Part shown: piece by piece, positions 9,192 to 19,538 of the stretch | Numbering within the stretch: position 1 is the stretch's first letter | Layout: the number at the start of each line of letters is the position of its first letter | Assembly: GCA_963821525.1 (NCBI GenBank) | Contig: CAWGED010000003.1 | Span: 90,522 to 154,521, forward strand | DNA: 64,000 bases | Source: an uncultured Gemmatimonadales bacterium | GTDB lineage: Bacteria > Gemmatimonadota > Gemmatimonadetes > Gemmatimonadales > GWC2-71-9 | Direction of reading: 5' to 3' | The notes under the pieces: generated by a model | The model's input: the letters and a program-made list of their open reading frames with translations, nothing else | Told to the model about the DNA's origin: nothing | The model's database searches: none | Program-made: the position numbers and the translations under genes

Positions 9192-11981
9192 TTACCACCC
9201 CAGAATCATCTCCGCCCTCGTATACAGGAACCGTCCGTTATAACCAAACGGCGACGCAGCGGCCCAGGGGAAGGTGTTGTCGTTGTTGTTGAACTCCGCC
9301 TTCGGCTGGTCGGGATAAGTATCGAAAACGTTCCGAGCGCCGACCGAGAGATTCACCTGGTCGAAGCGATACCCGATCTCGAGGTCAACCAGGGTCTTGG
9401 ACCCGTACTCCTCGCGATCGGTGAAGCTTGGCTGCGCCGAGGCGAAGCCGCCAAAGTAACTGACGCGTCCCAGGGTATGTACCCGCCCGGTGGAATAGTT
9501 GGCCTGCAGGGTGCCGCGCCAGTCGGGCCGTTCCTCCTCGATGCCAACCTGGGTCACGAGGTCCAGGACGCTGGTGTAAGTCGAGCCGGTACCCTGGAGA
9601 ATGGCGGGGGGTGGATCGACGTGGGTGATCTTGTTCTTGGTGTAGTTCACGCCGAGGTTCAGATCCAGGCTCCCATTGCCGGTGGGCACCACCCAGTCGG
9701 CGGTGAAATCGACGCCGTCGGTCTTGGTGTCCAGCCCGTTGGTGAAGAACTGAACTCCCGCAATGTTGCCGAAGCCCGAGTCGGCAAGGATTTGTTGGGA
9801 GACGGCGTCATTGAACGTCGCGCCGAGCAGGATCCGATCGTTGATTGTGATGTGGAAGTAGTCTGCCGTGATCGTGAAGTTGTCGGCCGGCGTGAAGGCG
9901 AACCCGGCGCTGTAGTTGACCGAGGTCTCGTCCTTGAGCGGCTTGGCACCGAAGATCTGGGATGCCCGATTATTTACCGGGAAGTTCCCGATCTCCTGGA
10001 ATTGCCCTCCGATGACGTTCGTCGTGACATGGCTGAAGAAGCTTTGGGCCAGGCCGGGTGCCCGGAACCCCGTGCTGGCCGCGCCCCGCAGCACGAACCG
10101 CTTGGTGGGCTGGTATCGCAAGGCCAGCTTGCCGGTGACCCGGTCGCCGAAGTCGCTGTAGTTCTCATACCGTCCGGCGACATTGACCAGGAATTGCGAC
10201 GTCAGGTTGGTTTCGAGGTCGAGATAGGCCCCAACATTCGCCCGGCTCTCGTCCGCCTCGTCTGCTGGCCGGAATCCGGCAAACACCGAGGAACCGCCCG
10301 GTGAGAGATCACCCGGAACGGCGACGCTGTCCTGCGCGGCGTGCCCCCCATTCACGTAAGAAGCGAATTCGCCCGCGTAAATGTTGTAGTACTCCCGCCG
10401 CCACGCCCCGCCGATGGCGAAGTTAAGCGGGTTGGGGAGACCCAGGTTGAGCGGCTTCGACAGGTTGAGCCCGACCAGGACTTCGCTGCGCTGCAGCGAG
10501 CCGGCGTCGAACGAAGTCTGATTCGGGATGCCGGGGTCGTCCGCGTTACCCAGTATCCCGTCGGCTCCTGGAGCGGTGGGGATATCGAGACTGGGTCCCA
10601 GCGAAGGATTGTTGGTGTTGTCCAGATCGTAGTCGAACCGGTTTAGCCCCCAGGAGACCCCCGCGTCAGCCGCCCACCCGCCAATGCTGGTGCGAAAGCC
10701 ACCCGCTGCTGAGTAATCGTTCACCTTGGGATGGAACTCCGGCAGGAATCCTTGGGGGTAGATCTCCTGCCAGTTGCGGCTGCTGTCGAAGTAGCGCCAG
10801 AAACCGTTGCCGGTCCCTCTCCGATAACTGTATCCGCCGAAGGCGTAGAACTCGGTGGTCCCGGCCTGGTTGAGCGGCATCCGGAAGTTGGCGAACGTCA
10901 TCACGTCCTTTTCCAGGCCATCGCCCCAGTGGTAGTTGGGCTGGGGGAGGGAATTCCGCTTCTCGATGATCTCCCCGTTCTTGGGGTCGATCAGGTCGCC
11001 AATACCCTGTTGGTTCACCAGGAAGGAGTCCGGCCAGGCCCGGTTGGTAGGGTCCCGGTGCTGATATTCACCGAACACGCTCAGTGAACCGCGACCGAGG
11101 CCGATCCCGACCCCGCCGTTGATGTTGGTGAAGGTGCCGTCATCGGGATAATCGTCGGTGACGTACTTTCCCGCGTCCACATTGATGAACGGAGAGAATT
11201 TGCCCTCCTTCATCACGATGTTGACTACACCCGCAATGGCGTCGGAGCCGTACTGCGCCGAGGCGCCGTCCCGCAACACCTCGATCCGCTCGATCGCCCC
11301 ACCAGGGATTGCATTGAGATCGACACCCGACGATCCGGCGCCCATGCCGTAGGCGAAGGTGTTCAGCACCGCCATCTGATGCCGCCGCCAGCCGTTGATC
11401 AGGACGAGCGTGTGGTCAGGACTCAAACCGCGCAGGGTGAAGGGCCGGACGATATCGTTCGCATCCGTGACGCTCTGCCGCGGGAAGTTGACCGAAGGGG
11501 AGAGCGACTGGAGAACCTGGCTGGTTTCGGTGGTGCCCTGCTGCTGGATATCTTCTGCAGTGTAAACGTCCACCGGGACGGCGAGTTCCTCGGCCGCAGT
11601 GTGGCGGGCCCGAGAACCGACCACCACGTCAATCGGTGCCAGCTCGACCGGTGAACGGTTCATGGTGAAGTTCAGCGCCACCACGTCAGCCTCGACGACG
11701 GTCACGCTGGAAGCGGCCTCGGCGAAACCGATCGCATGAACCGTCACTGTCACCTGCCGGGCCGGCACACTGTGGATGGTATAACGTCCTGAGGCCGTCG
11801 TTGTGGTGCCCAGGCTGGTGCGATCAACCGTGACGATCGCACCCACAATCGGCGCACCCGCGCTGTCCACCACCTGGCCCTGGATCGTCCCGGACTGTGC
11901 GGCAAGGCTAACGAGAGGCAGGCACAGGAGTGCAGCGACCAGGCCGAGTCGAAAGGATTGTCGGACGAGAGATGGCGACAT
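9192..11981 (-). CDS. TonB-dependent receptor with N-terminal carboxypeptidase-regulatory-like domain
   Basis: Signal peptide, plug motifs LRGLSPDHTLVLING and IERIEVLRDGASAQYGSDAIAGVVNI, beta-barrel, aromatic C-terminus. Confidence 0.92.
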   Translation of the reverse strand: MSPSLVRQSFRLGLVAALLCLPLVSLAAQSGTIQGQVVDSAGAPIVGAIVTVDRTSLGTTTTASGRYTIHSVPARQVTVTVHAIGFAEAASSVTVVEADVVALNFTMNRSPVELAPIDVVVGSRARHTAAEELAVPVDVYTAEDIQQQGTTETSQVLQSLSPSVNFPRQSVTDANDIVRPFTLRGLSPDHTLVLINGWRRHQMAVLNTFAYGMGAGSSGVDLNAIPGGAIERIEVLRDGASAQYGSDAIAGVVNIVMKEGKFSPFINVDAGKYVTDDYPDDGTFTNINGGVGIGLGRGSLSVFGEYQHRDPTNRAWPDSFLVNQQGIGDLIDPKNGEIIEKRNSLPQPNYHWGDGLEKDVMTFANFRMPLNQAGTTEFYAFGGYSYRRGTGNGFWRYFDSSRNWQEIYPQGFLPEFHPKVNDYSAAGGFRTSIGGWAADAGVSWGLNRFDYDLDNTNNPSLGPSLDIPTAPGADGILGNADDPGIPNQTSFDAGSLQRSEVLVGLNLSKPLNLGLPNPLNFAIGGAWRREYYNIYAGEFASYVNGGHAAQDSVAVPGDLSPGGSSVFAGFRPADEADESRANVGAYLDLETNLTSQFLVNVAGRYENYSDFGDRVTGKLALRYQPTKRFVLRGAASTGFRAPGLAQSFFSHVTTNVIGGQFQEIGNFPVNNRASQIFGAKPLKDETSVNYSAGFAFTPADNFTITADYFHITINDRILLGATFNDAVSQQILADSGFGNIAGVQFFTNGLDTKTDGVDFTADWVVPTGNGSLDLNLGVNYTKNKITHVDPPPAILQGTGSTYTSVLDLVTQVGIEEERPDWRGTLQANYSTGRVHTLGRVSYFGGFASAQPSFTDREEYGSKTLVDLEIGYRFDQVNLSVGARNVFDTYPDQPKAEFNNNDNTFPWAAASPFGYNGRFLYTRAEMILGW

Positions 11982-12047
11982 CGAACCCTCCGGAGTGGGT
12001 GGGCGAGTCTATGTTGTTCTGGCAGAGTGCGGCAGGGGTGCTTCGCG

Positions 12048-12076
12048 AGGATACGGCGCAATCGGTCGTCCGTCAA
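12048..12076 (-). promoter_or_regulatory. Sigma70-type promoter for the TonB receptor
   Basis: Minus strand TTGACG-N17-TATCCT; GGAGGG SD before the ATG at 11981. Confidence 0.6.
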
Positions 12077-12096
12077 GCAAGCCCCATCGCTGACCG

Positions 12097-12693
12097 ATGA
12101 CCCTCGAGCAATTCCTGTCCCAGTACGGGCTCATCGCCCTGTTCCTCCTCGCCACCGTCGAAGGCGATGCCAGCCTCATTCTCGCGGGGATGCTGGCCCA
12201 TCGTGGCGTGCTCTCGTTGCCAGCCGTCATTATCGCGGGAGCAGCAGGAAACTTCGTGGGAGACTGCGCCTGGTATTTCCTCGGACGGCAGGCCCGGGCC
12301 CGATTGCGCGACAGCGCGATATATCGCCGTGCCGGCCCCTGGATCGAGCGAGTCGCCTCGCGCCTTGGCAGCTGGCAACTCCTGCTCGCCCGCGTGGTGT
12401 ATGGCACCCGCAATGCGAGTATGGTCTTCTGGGGCCAGGCCCACCTCCCCTTTCAGCGCTTCGCCCTCACCGACCTGCTGGGCTGTTTCCTCGCCTCGAC
12501 AGGGTTCGCCTTGCTGGGATACCTGACCAGTCAGGGCGTGGAACACCTGCTGGGCCAGGTCAGGCGACTCGAGGTCGGGTTGCTGATCACGCTGGTCATT
12601 GCAGCTGTGGTCATCGCCTTCATGACTTGGGAGGTAAAGCGGGCGAGCGACAAGACCGATCCCCCGGAGGCCGGCCCTGCCGGGGGTGGCTAA
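12097..12693 (+). CDS. DedA family membrane protein
   Basis: YGLIALFLLATVEGD, GNFVGDCAWYFLGR, ARVVYGTR. Confidence 0.85.
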   Translation: MTLEQFLSQYGLIALFLLATVEGDASLILAGMLAHRGVLSLPAVIIAGAAGNFVGDCAWYFLGRQARARLRDSAIYRRAGPWIERVASRLGSWQLLLARVVYGTRNASMVFWGQAHLPFQRFALTDLLGCFLASTGFALLGYLTSQGVEHLLGQVRRLEVGLLITLVIAAVVIAFMTWEVKRASDKTDPPEAGPAGGG

Positions 12694-12720
12694 CTGCTTG
12701 CTAACATGCGAACTTACAAC

Positions 12721-13782
12721 ATGGCCCAAGGCGATCAGGTCGCTGCACTGCGGGGCGGGAATGTGCCGGTGCTGGCCCGGGCGATCTCCCAGGTGGAGAA
12801 CGGCCGTGCTGGATTCGAGGCGCTGCTTTCCGCGATTCATCCCACCCTCGGCCATGCTCGACGGATTGGCATCACCGGGCCCCCGGGAGCCGGGAAATCC
12901 ACCCTGACCGAGCGGCTGGTGCAGGTGTTGCGGGCCAAGGGACACACCGTGGCGGTGGTCGCCGTCGATCCAACCAGTCCATTCACCGGTGGCGCATTAC
13001 TGGGCGACCGAATCCGGATGGAGTCCGTGGCGCTGGATCCCGGGGTCTACATCCGGTCCATGGCCACGCGCGGCTCGCTCGGCGGACTCGCCACCACCAC
13101 GCGCGAAGTCTGCGATGTGCTGGATGCGGCGGGGTTCGACCGGATTCTCATCGAGACGGTCGGTGTAGGCCAATCGGAACTCGACGTTGGCCGCTCGGCC
13201 GACACCACGGTGCTCGTGCTGGTGCCAGAATCGGGAGACGGGATTCAGACCCTCAAGTCGGGCGTGATGGAGATCGGCGACGTCTTCGTGGTCAACAAGT
13301 CGGATCGTCCGGGCGCTGATCGCCTGCGCCAGGAGATCGAGATCACGTTGGGCATTCGAGCAGGGAACGCGTACCGGCACGTGAAGGCACATCACGGGGT
13401 CAGGGCGGGCAAGCACGCACCGGGCGGACGCGAGGGGGCGATCGGGACGGACAGGGCGGGCGAGACCAGCGCGGACTGGGCGCACCCCGTACTCGGAACC
13501 GTCGCCTCGAAGGGTGAAGGGATCGAAGTGCTGGCCGACGCGCTTGATGGTCATCACCAGTGGCTCACCGAGACCGGTGAATTGGGTGACCGTCGCCGGC
13601 GCCGCCTGGTCGAACGCACCCGGGAAGTCGTGGATCGCGCGTCCCGGCAGTGGATCTGGCAGGAGACGGCCGCCGAGCAAATGATCAATGACCGGCTCGA
13701 CGACCTCGCCGCCGGGCGCACCAGTCCTTACGAAGTAGCTGTCGAAGTGCTGGACGGGCTCAAACAGGGGACAAGGGTATGA
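12721..13782 (+). CDS. meaB: Acyl-CoA mutase-associated GTPase chaperone MeaB
   Basis: [46 protein letters not shown]. Confidence 0.93.
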   Translation: MAQGDQVAALRGGNVPVLARAISQVENGRAGFEALLSAIHPTLGHARRIGITGPPGAGKSTLTERLVQVLRAKGHTVAVVAVDPTSPFTGGALLGDRIRMESVALDPGVYIRSMATRGSLGGLATTTREVCDVLDAAGFDRILIETVGVGQSELDVGRSADTTVLVLVPESGDGIQTLKSGVMEIGDVFVVNKSDRPGADRLRQEIEITLGIRAGNAYRHVKAHHGVRAGKHAPGGREGAIGTDRAGETSADWAHPVLGTVASKGEGIEVLADALDGHHQWLTETGELGDRRRRRLVERTREVVDRASRQWIWQETAAEQMINDRLDDLAAGRTSPYEVAVEVLDGLKQGTRV

Positions 13783-15499
13783 CCACGTTCGACGCCGACC
13801 TCTCGATGCGTCACATGGCTGACCGGCTCGAGACTCAGGAACGGGAGCTCGAGGAGCTGCGAGCCGAATTGCGCGCCTGGCGGGAACAGGTCGCCAAGCT
13901 GCCGATGCGAGAGGACGTGGACTTCACTTCGGTCTCCGGCCGCAATGTGGAGCCGGTCTACACCGCACTCGATCTCGACCCCCACAGCGTCAGCTCGACT
14001 ACGCTGCCGGGAGATTATCCCTACACCCGCGGCATCCATCCCACGATGTACCGGGGCCGGCTCTGGACCATGCGGCAGTTCGCCGGGTTCGGCACGGCGC
14101 GAGGACACCAACGAGCGCTACAAGTTCCTGCTGGCTCACGGGCAGACCGGACTCTCGGTGGCGTTCGACTTCCCAACGCTGATGGGCTACGACTCGGACC
14201 ATCCGCGGTCCGAGGGAGAAGTCGGCAAGTGCGGCGTCGCGATTTCCAGCGCCCAGGACATGGAGACCCTCTTCGACGGCATCCCGCTCGACAAGGTCTC
14301 CACCTCGATGACGATCAACGGTCCCGCCGCGATGCTCTTCTGCTTCTACGTCGCGGCGGCGGAGCATCAGGGGGTGGACATCGCGAAGCTCCAGGGCACG
14401 ATCCAGAACGACATGCTGAAGGAATACATGGCGCAGCATGCCTGGATCTTCCCGGTCGGAGCCGGCGCTCAAGGTCATCGTGGACATGTTCGAGTGGGCG
14501 TCCACCAATACGCCGAATTGGAATACCATCTCCATCTCGGGCTACCATATCCGGGAAGCCGGCTCCACCGCGGCCCAGGAGCTGGCCTTCACGCTCGCCA
14601 ACGGCTTCAGCTACGTGGAGCACGGAGTGGCGCGGGGGCTCGACGTGGATTCCTTCGCGCCGAGGCTCTCGTTCTTCTGGGACGTGCACAACGACTTCTT
14701 CGAGGAAGTCGCCAAGATGCGCGCCGCGCGGCGGATCTGGGCCCGCACCATGCGGCAGAACGCTACGGGGCGCAAGAATCCCCGGAGCTGGCAGATGCGC
14801 TTCCACTGCCAGACCGCGGGCGTGACGCTCACCGCGCAGCAGCCGCTCAACAACGTCGTTCGCGTCGCCTACCAGGCGCTCGCCGCCGTGCTGGGCGGGA
14901 CCCAGTCGCTGCACACCAACGCCCTCGATGAGACGCTGGCGCTTCCCACCGAGGAGTCGGTCCGGGTCGCGCTGCGCACCCAGCAGATCCTCGCCTACGA
15001 AACCGGCGTTCCCAACGTCGCGGACCCGCTGGGCGGGTCTTACTACATCGAGGCGCTGACCGACGGGCTGGAGCGCGAGGCCGACGGGTTGTTCGCCGAG
15101 ATCGAGGCGCAGGGCGGGGTGGTCCCGGCGATCGAGTCGGGGTGGTTCCAGCGGCAGATCGCCCAGTCCGCCTCGCGCTTCCAGGACGAAGTCGAGAAGG
15201 GACGCAAAGTGGTGGTTGGACTGAACATGTTTACCGGGGAAGACGAGGCGGCGCCGGAGATTCTCAAGATTGGCGAGCAAGCCGAGCGGTCTCAGCGGGA
15301 ACGGATGGCGAAGCTGCGGGCAACTCGGGACACCAACGCGGTCGATCAGAAACTCGAGGCTCTGAGAGCCGCCGCGGCCTCCGATCAGAACATCATCCCG
15401 GCGATGCTGGACTGCGCCCGGGCCTATTGCACTCTCTACGAAATCCGCCACGTTCTGGAAACGGTGTACGGGACGTATCGCGAGCCGGTGTTTTTTTAG
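13779..15499 (+). CDS. B12-dependent acyl-CoA mutase large subunit, isobutyryl-CoA mutase (IcmA)-type; frameshifts ~14100 and ~14460
   Basis: [74 protein letters not shown]; no B12-binding domain. Confidence 0.9.
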
Positions 15500-15582
15500 G
15501 AGTCGAGAGTCTAGAGTCTAGAGTCGAGAGTCTGAGTCCGCCAAGCATTGACTCGAGACTCCAGACTCTAGACTCCAGACTC
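15500..15582. repeat. Inverted pair of heptamer arrays (GAGTCKA)n ... (GACTCNA)n
   Basis: gagtcgagagtctagagtctagagtcgagagtctgagtc - loop - gactcgagactccagactctagactccagactc. Confidence 0.9.
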
Positions 15583-15593
15583 CTCACCAAACC

Positions 15594-16747
15594 ATGAACG
15601 ACCAACAAATCGCCAAGACTCTCGCCCGTCTCACCAGGCTGAAGACGGACGATCATCGGATAGTCACCTGCTACCTGAAGCTGGAACTGAGCGATCGGTC
15701 GCGGGGCAAGTATCTGATCAAGCTGAAGAACCGGGTGAAGCGGGCCGAGGCGGCGTTGCCGGAGATCGGCCTCTCCCGCACGGTGCAGCAGGAAGTCCAG
15801 GACGACCTCCAGCGCATCATGGAGCACCTGCGGGAACCGGCCCGCCTCCCCTCGACTCACGGCGTCGCCATTTTCGGCTGCAAGGCGCTCAAGCTCTTCG
15901 AAATACTGCCGCTGCCCGCGGTGCATCGCTCACGGCTCGGCGTGGATCGTACGGCGCTGGTTCGGGAGCTGGCGTCGGCCGAGGATGAATTCGGCACCCT
16001 GTTGACCGCGGTGGTGGATCGCACGACCGCGCGATTCTTCCAGGTCACCGCGTTCGGAGCCGAGGAGTTGCCGAGCCTCGAGGCGGTACGCGCAGGCGGA
16101 GTCCCAAGTTCCGGAGTCACGAGGGCCCCCCGGGCATGGGAGAGCGAGCCTGGAACAACCGGATCCGCAACGAGCGCCAGCGCCATTACGAAGCCGTGGC
16201 GCAACGTCTCTTCGATCTGCACCGGAAGCATCCGGTTCACGGCATCGTGCTGGCGGGTCGGAGCGACGCGCAGGCGGTCGAGGACTTCCTCCATCCGTAC
16301 CTGGTCGAGCGGCTGATGGGATCGGTCCAGCTCGATCCGAAGGACGCGGCGCCGTCGGTGGTTCACGAGGCCACCCTGGCAGTGCGGGAGGCATTCGAGC
16401 GCGCCGCCGAGCGCGAGGCCGCGCACGACCTTTCCGAGGGACTGGGAAACGGCTGGGCGGTCAACGGATTGGACGAGAGCCTCCTCGCCCTATCCAAGGG
16501 TCAGGTGCGAACCCTGCTCGTCGACGCGGAAGCCGGCGGTCCGGGATACCGCGGCGCCCAGTCGGGACGGCTGGTGAGTGAGCCCGACCAGCTCCTTCGC
16601 GGTGAAGGTGACCCGGTTCCGGTGATCGACCTCGTGGACGAGGCGATCGAAGACGCGCTGCGCCAGCGGGTCAAGGTCGAGGTGGTGTACGATGGCGAGG
16701 CCCGCCGTGCCGTGAACGGGCTGGCCGGGTTGCTCAGGTTCCGGTGA
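15594..16747 (+). CDS. Bacterial archaeo-eukaryotic release factor-like protein (baeRF10/aeRF1-pelota fold), frameshift ~16100
   Basis: [53 protein letters not shown], terminal GLAGLLRFR as in aeRF1/pelota. Confidence 0.8.
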
Positions 16748-17430
16748 AGATCGCAGCGGTCCTGTTCGACGCCGGGAATACCCTGCTGTTCCTCGACTAC
16801 GAGCGCCTGGCCCGCGAGGTCGGCGCCGCGGTCGGGGTGCCGCTCACAGCACAGGGCCTCGAGGCTCAGTCCGGCGAGGCGGCGCTCCAACTGGAACGGT
16901 CGGATACGTCGGATCACGACCGGGCCACCCGCTACCTCGAGAGTCTCTTCCTCCTGGCCGGCGTGCCTCGGGAGAAGCTGGGGTTGGTGCGGGACACCCT
17001 GCTGCGCCTGCACGGCGAGCGCCATCTGTGGAGCGCCATGCATCCCGGTACTCCCGCGGCACTCGCCCGGATGAGACAGGCCGGTCTCCGCCTCGGCGTC
17101 GTGTCCAACAGCGACGGACGAGTCGAAGAGGCTCTCGCTGCGGCGGGGATTCGAGCCGACTTCGAGGTGATCGTGGACTCGCGGCTCGTGGGGTTCGAGA
17201 AGCCGGACCCGCGGATCTTTCAGGCCGCGCTCGAGCCGCTGGGCATCGCACCGGAAGGTGTCCTCTACGTCGGCGACATTTACGAAGTGGATGTGGTCGG
17301 CGCCCGGCGGGCCGGCATGGATGTGGTACTGCTCGATCCGGCCGGCAACCACGCCGGGCGCGACGTGCAGACTGCCCCCAGCATCGCGGCCGTGGCCGAT
17401 CTGATTCTGTCCCTCACCCCCGAGCCCTGA
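16744..17430 (+). CDS. HAD-IA family hydrolase
   Basis: [36 protein letters not shown]. Confidence 0.9.
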   Translation: MKIAAVLFDAGNTLLFLDYERLAREVGAAVGVPLTAQGLEAQSGEAALQLERSDTSDHDRATRYLESLFLLAGVPREKLGLVRDTLLRLHGERHLWSAMHPGTPAALARMRQAGLRLGVVSNSDGRVEEALAAAGIRADFEVIVDSRLVGFEKPDPRIFQAALEPLGIAPEGVLYVGDIYEVDVVGARRAGMDVVLLDPAGNHAGRDVQTAPSIAAVADLILSLTPEP

Positions 17431-17441
17431 CTCGAGCACTC

Positions 17442-17876
17442 ATGTTCGCCACTCTGAACAGGAAGTCCCCGGCCCGCCCGATTCGCGTGCTCGTAGCGAA
17501 GCCCGGCCTGGATGGCCACGATCGCGGAGCCAAGGTGGTGGCCGCGGCGTTGCGAGACGCCGGCATGGAGGTGATCTACACCGGGCTGCACCAGACTCCC
17601 GAGATGATCGCCAGCGCGGCGATTCAGGAAGACGTGGACGTGGTCGGCCTCTCGATTCTCTCGGGGGCGCACATGACGCTCTTTCCCCGGGTGCGCAAGC
17701 TGCTCGTTGACCAGGGTCGCGGCGATATCCTGGTGACCGGCGGAGGGATCATCCCGCAGGAAGACATGGATGCTCTCGAAAAAGGGGGGATGGGCCGCCT
17801 GTTCGGACCCGGCACCCCGACCTCGGATCTCGTCAGCTACATCCAGTCCTGGGCCGCGGAAAACCTCCAGGACTGA
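17442..17876 (+). CDS. Cobalamin-binding small subunit of acyl-CoA mutase (IcmB-like)
   Basis: [14 protein letters not shown] (DxHxxG), [19 protein letters not shown]. Confidence 0.93.
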   Translation: MFATLNRKSPARPIRVLVAKPGLDGHDRGAKVVAAALRDAGMEVIYTGLHQTPEMIASAAIQEDVDVVGLSILSGAHMTLFPRVRKLLVDQGRGDILVTGGGIIPQEDMDALEKGGMGRLFGPGTPTSDLVSYIQSWAAENLQD

Positions 17877-17880
17877 CCCG

Positions 17881-19528
17881 GTGACCGCCTCCAAGTCCGT
17901 CCCCCGAACTTCTCGTCTGCGTACCCTGAGCGATGAGTACCTCGCCCTCGCCGCCAAGCTGCGGCAGGGCGGGGGAGCCAAGCGCATCGCGAAGATGCAC
18001 GAGAAGGGTCAGCTGGCGCCGCGCGAGCGAGTCGAAAAGCTGCTGGATGCGGGAAGCCCGTGGCTCGAGATCGGACTCCTCATCGCCTACGACCAGTACG
18101 ATGGTCAGGCGCCCGCCGCCGGAGTCATCACCGGGCTCGGCGTAGTCGAGGGACGCGAAGTCGTCGTGGTCGCGAACGATGCGACCGTGAAGGCCGGCTC
18201 CTGGTGGCCCGAAACCATCCGCAAGATCGTCCGCGCCCAGGAAATCGCGATGCGCCAGCGGATCCCCATCATCTATCTGGTGGACTCCGCCGGCGTGAAT
18301 CTGCCGTATCAGGGCGGGGTCTTTCCGGGGCAGTATGGCGCCGCTCGCATCTTCCACTACAACTCGATCATGCGGCGCTATCTCCACGTGCCGCAGATCA
18401 GCGCGGTGATGGGGAGCTGCATCGCCGGCGGCGCGTACCTGCCGGCGTTGTCCGACGTCATCTTCATGGTGGACGGTACCAGCTTCATGGGACTGGGCGG
18501 CCCGAACCTGGTCAAGGGCGCTACGGGTCAGACGGTGGATGCCGAATCGCTGGGCGGTGCCCGGATGCATACCGAGGTGAGTGCCGTGGCGCATTACCTC
18601 GCGGCGAACGACACCGAGTGCCTGGCGAAGATCCGGGAGTATGTCGGCCGGCTGCCCCGCCATGAGGGAGTGCAGCACCGTCTGAGGAAGACGAAAGCGC
18701 CGGCGCGTCCGCCCGCCGATCTCTACGATCTGCTGCCCCACGACCACCGCATGTCGTACGACATGACGGCGCGTGCTCTCCTGCCTTCTGGATGGCGGAG
18801 CGCTGGAACAGTTCCAGCCGGGTGTCGCGGCCGAGATCATCTGCGGCCACGGGCACATCGAGGGTCGTCCCGTCGCGGTCCTCACCAATGGGCGCGGGAT
18901 CATCAAAGGCAAAGCCGGCGAGCGGCCGAAGTTCGGCGGTATCATCTACACCGAGAGCGCCGAGAAGGCTGCCTTCTTCATCGAGACGGCGAGCCGCGAG
19001 CGGCTGCCGATGCTCTTCGTGCAGGATGTGAGCGGGTTCATGGTCGGTCCCGAGGCAGAGCAGTCAGGGATCATTCGGGCGGGCGCGCGCTTCGTCGAGG
19101 CGATGGCCACCGCGGTGGTGCCCAAGATCGTGCTCACCATCAATCACGCCTCCGGCGCCGGCTACTACGCGATGGCAGGGCAGGGGTTCGATCCCGATTT
19201 CATCCTGAGCTGGCCCACCGGCCGCATGGCGGTCATGGAAGGCGAGTCTGCCGTCGAGGCGGTGCACGGACCGGAACTGACCAAGGCGCGTGCCGCCAAA
19301 GGCGCCCCGCCGCCCGAGGTGCAGGCCTCGGTGGATGCGATGCGCGCCGACTACGAGCATCAGCTCGACGCCAAATACGCCGGCGCCCGGGGCTACGTGG
19401 ACGCGATCGTCACCGCGGATGAGACCCGAGACCAGCTTGCCTTTCTGCTCCGCGTAACCAGCAACTACGCCGGCCCGCATCTCGGGCCCTTCGTACTCGA
19501 TCCTCTCGACCTGGCGCTTCCCCGGTAA
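17881..19528 (+). CDS. Acyl-CoA carboxylase carboxyltransferase (beta) subunit, frameshift ~18770
   Basis: ANDATVKAGSW, LVDSAGVNLP, GSCIAGGAY, LGGARMH, QDVSGFMVG, GAGYYAMAG. Confidence 0.9.
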
Positions 19529-19538
19529 CGGCAACGAC

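Noticed and set aside
11982..12096. Possible riboswitch ahead of the TonB receptor
   Set aside because: The predicted leader is only ~60 nt and shows no cobalamin, TPP or other aptamer core.
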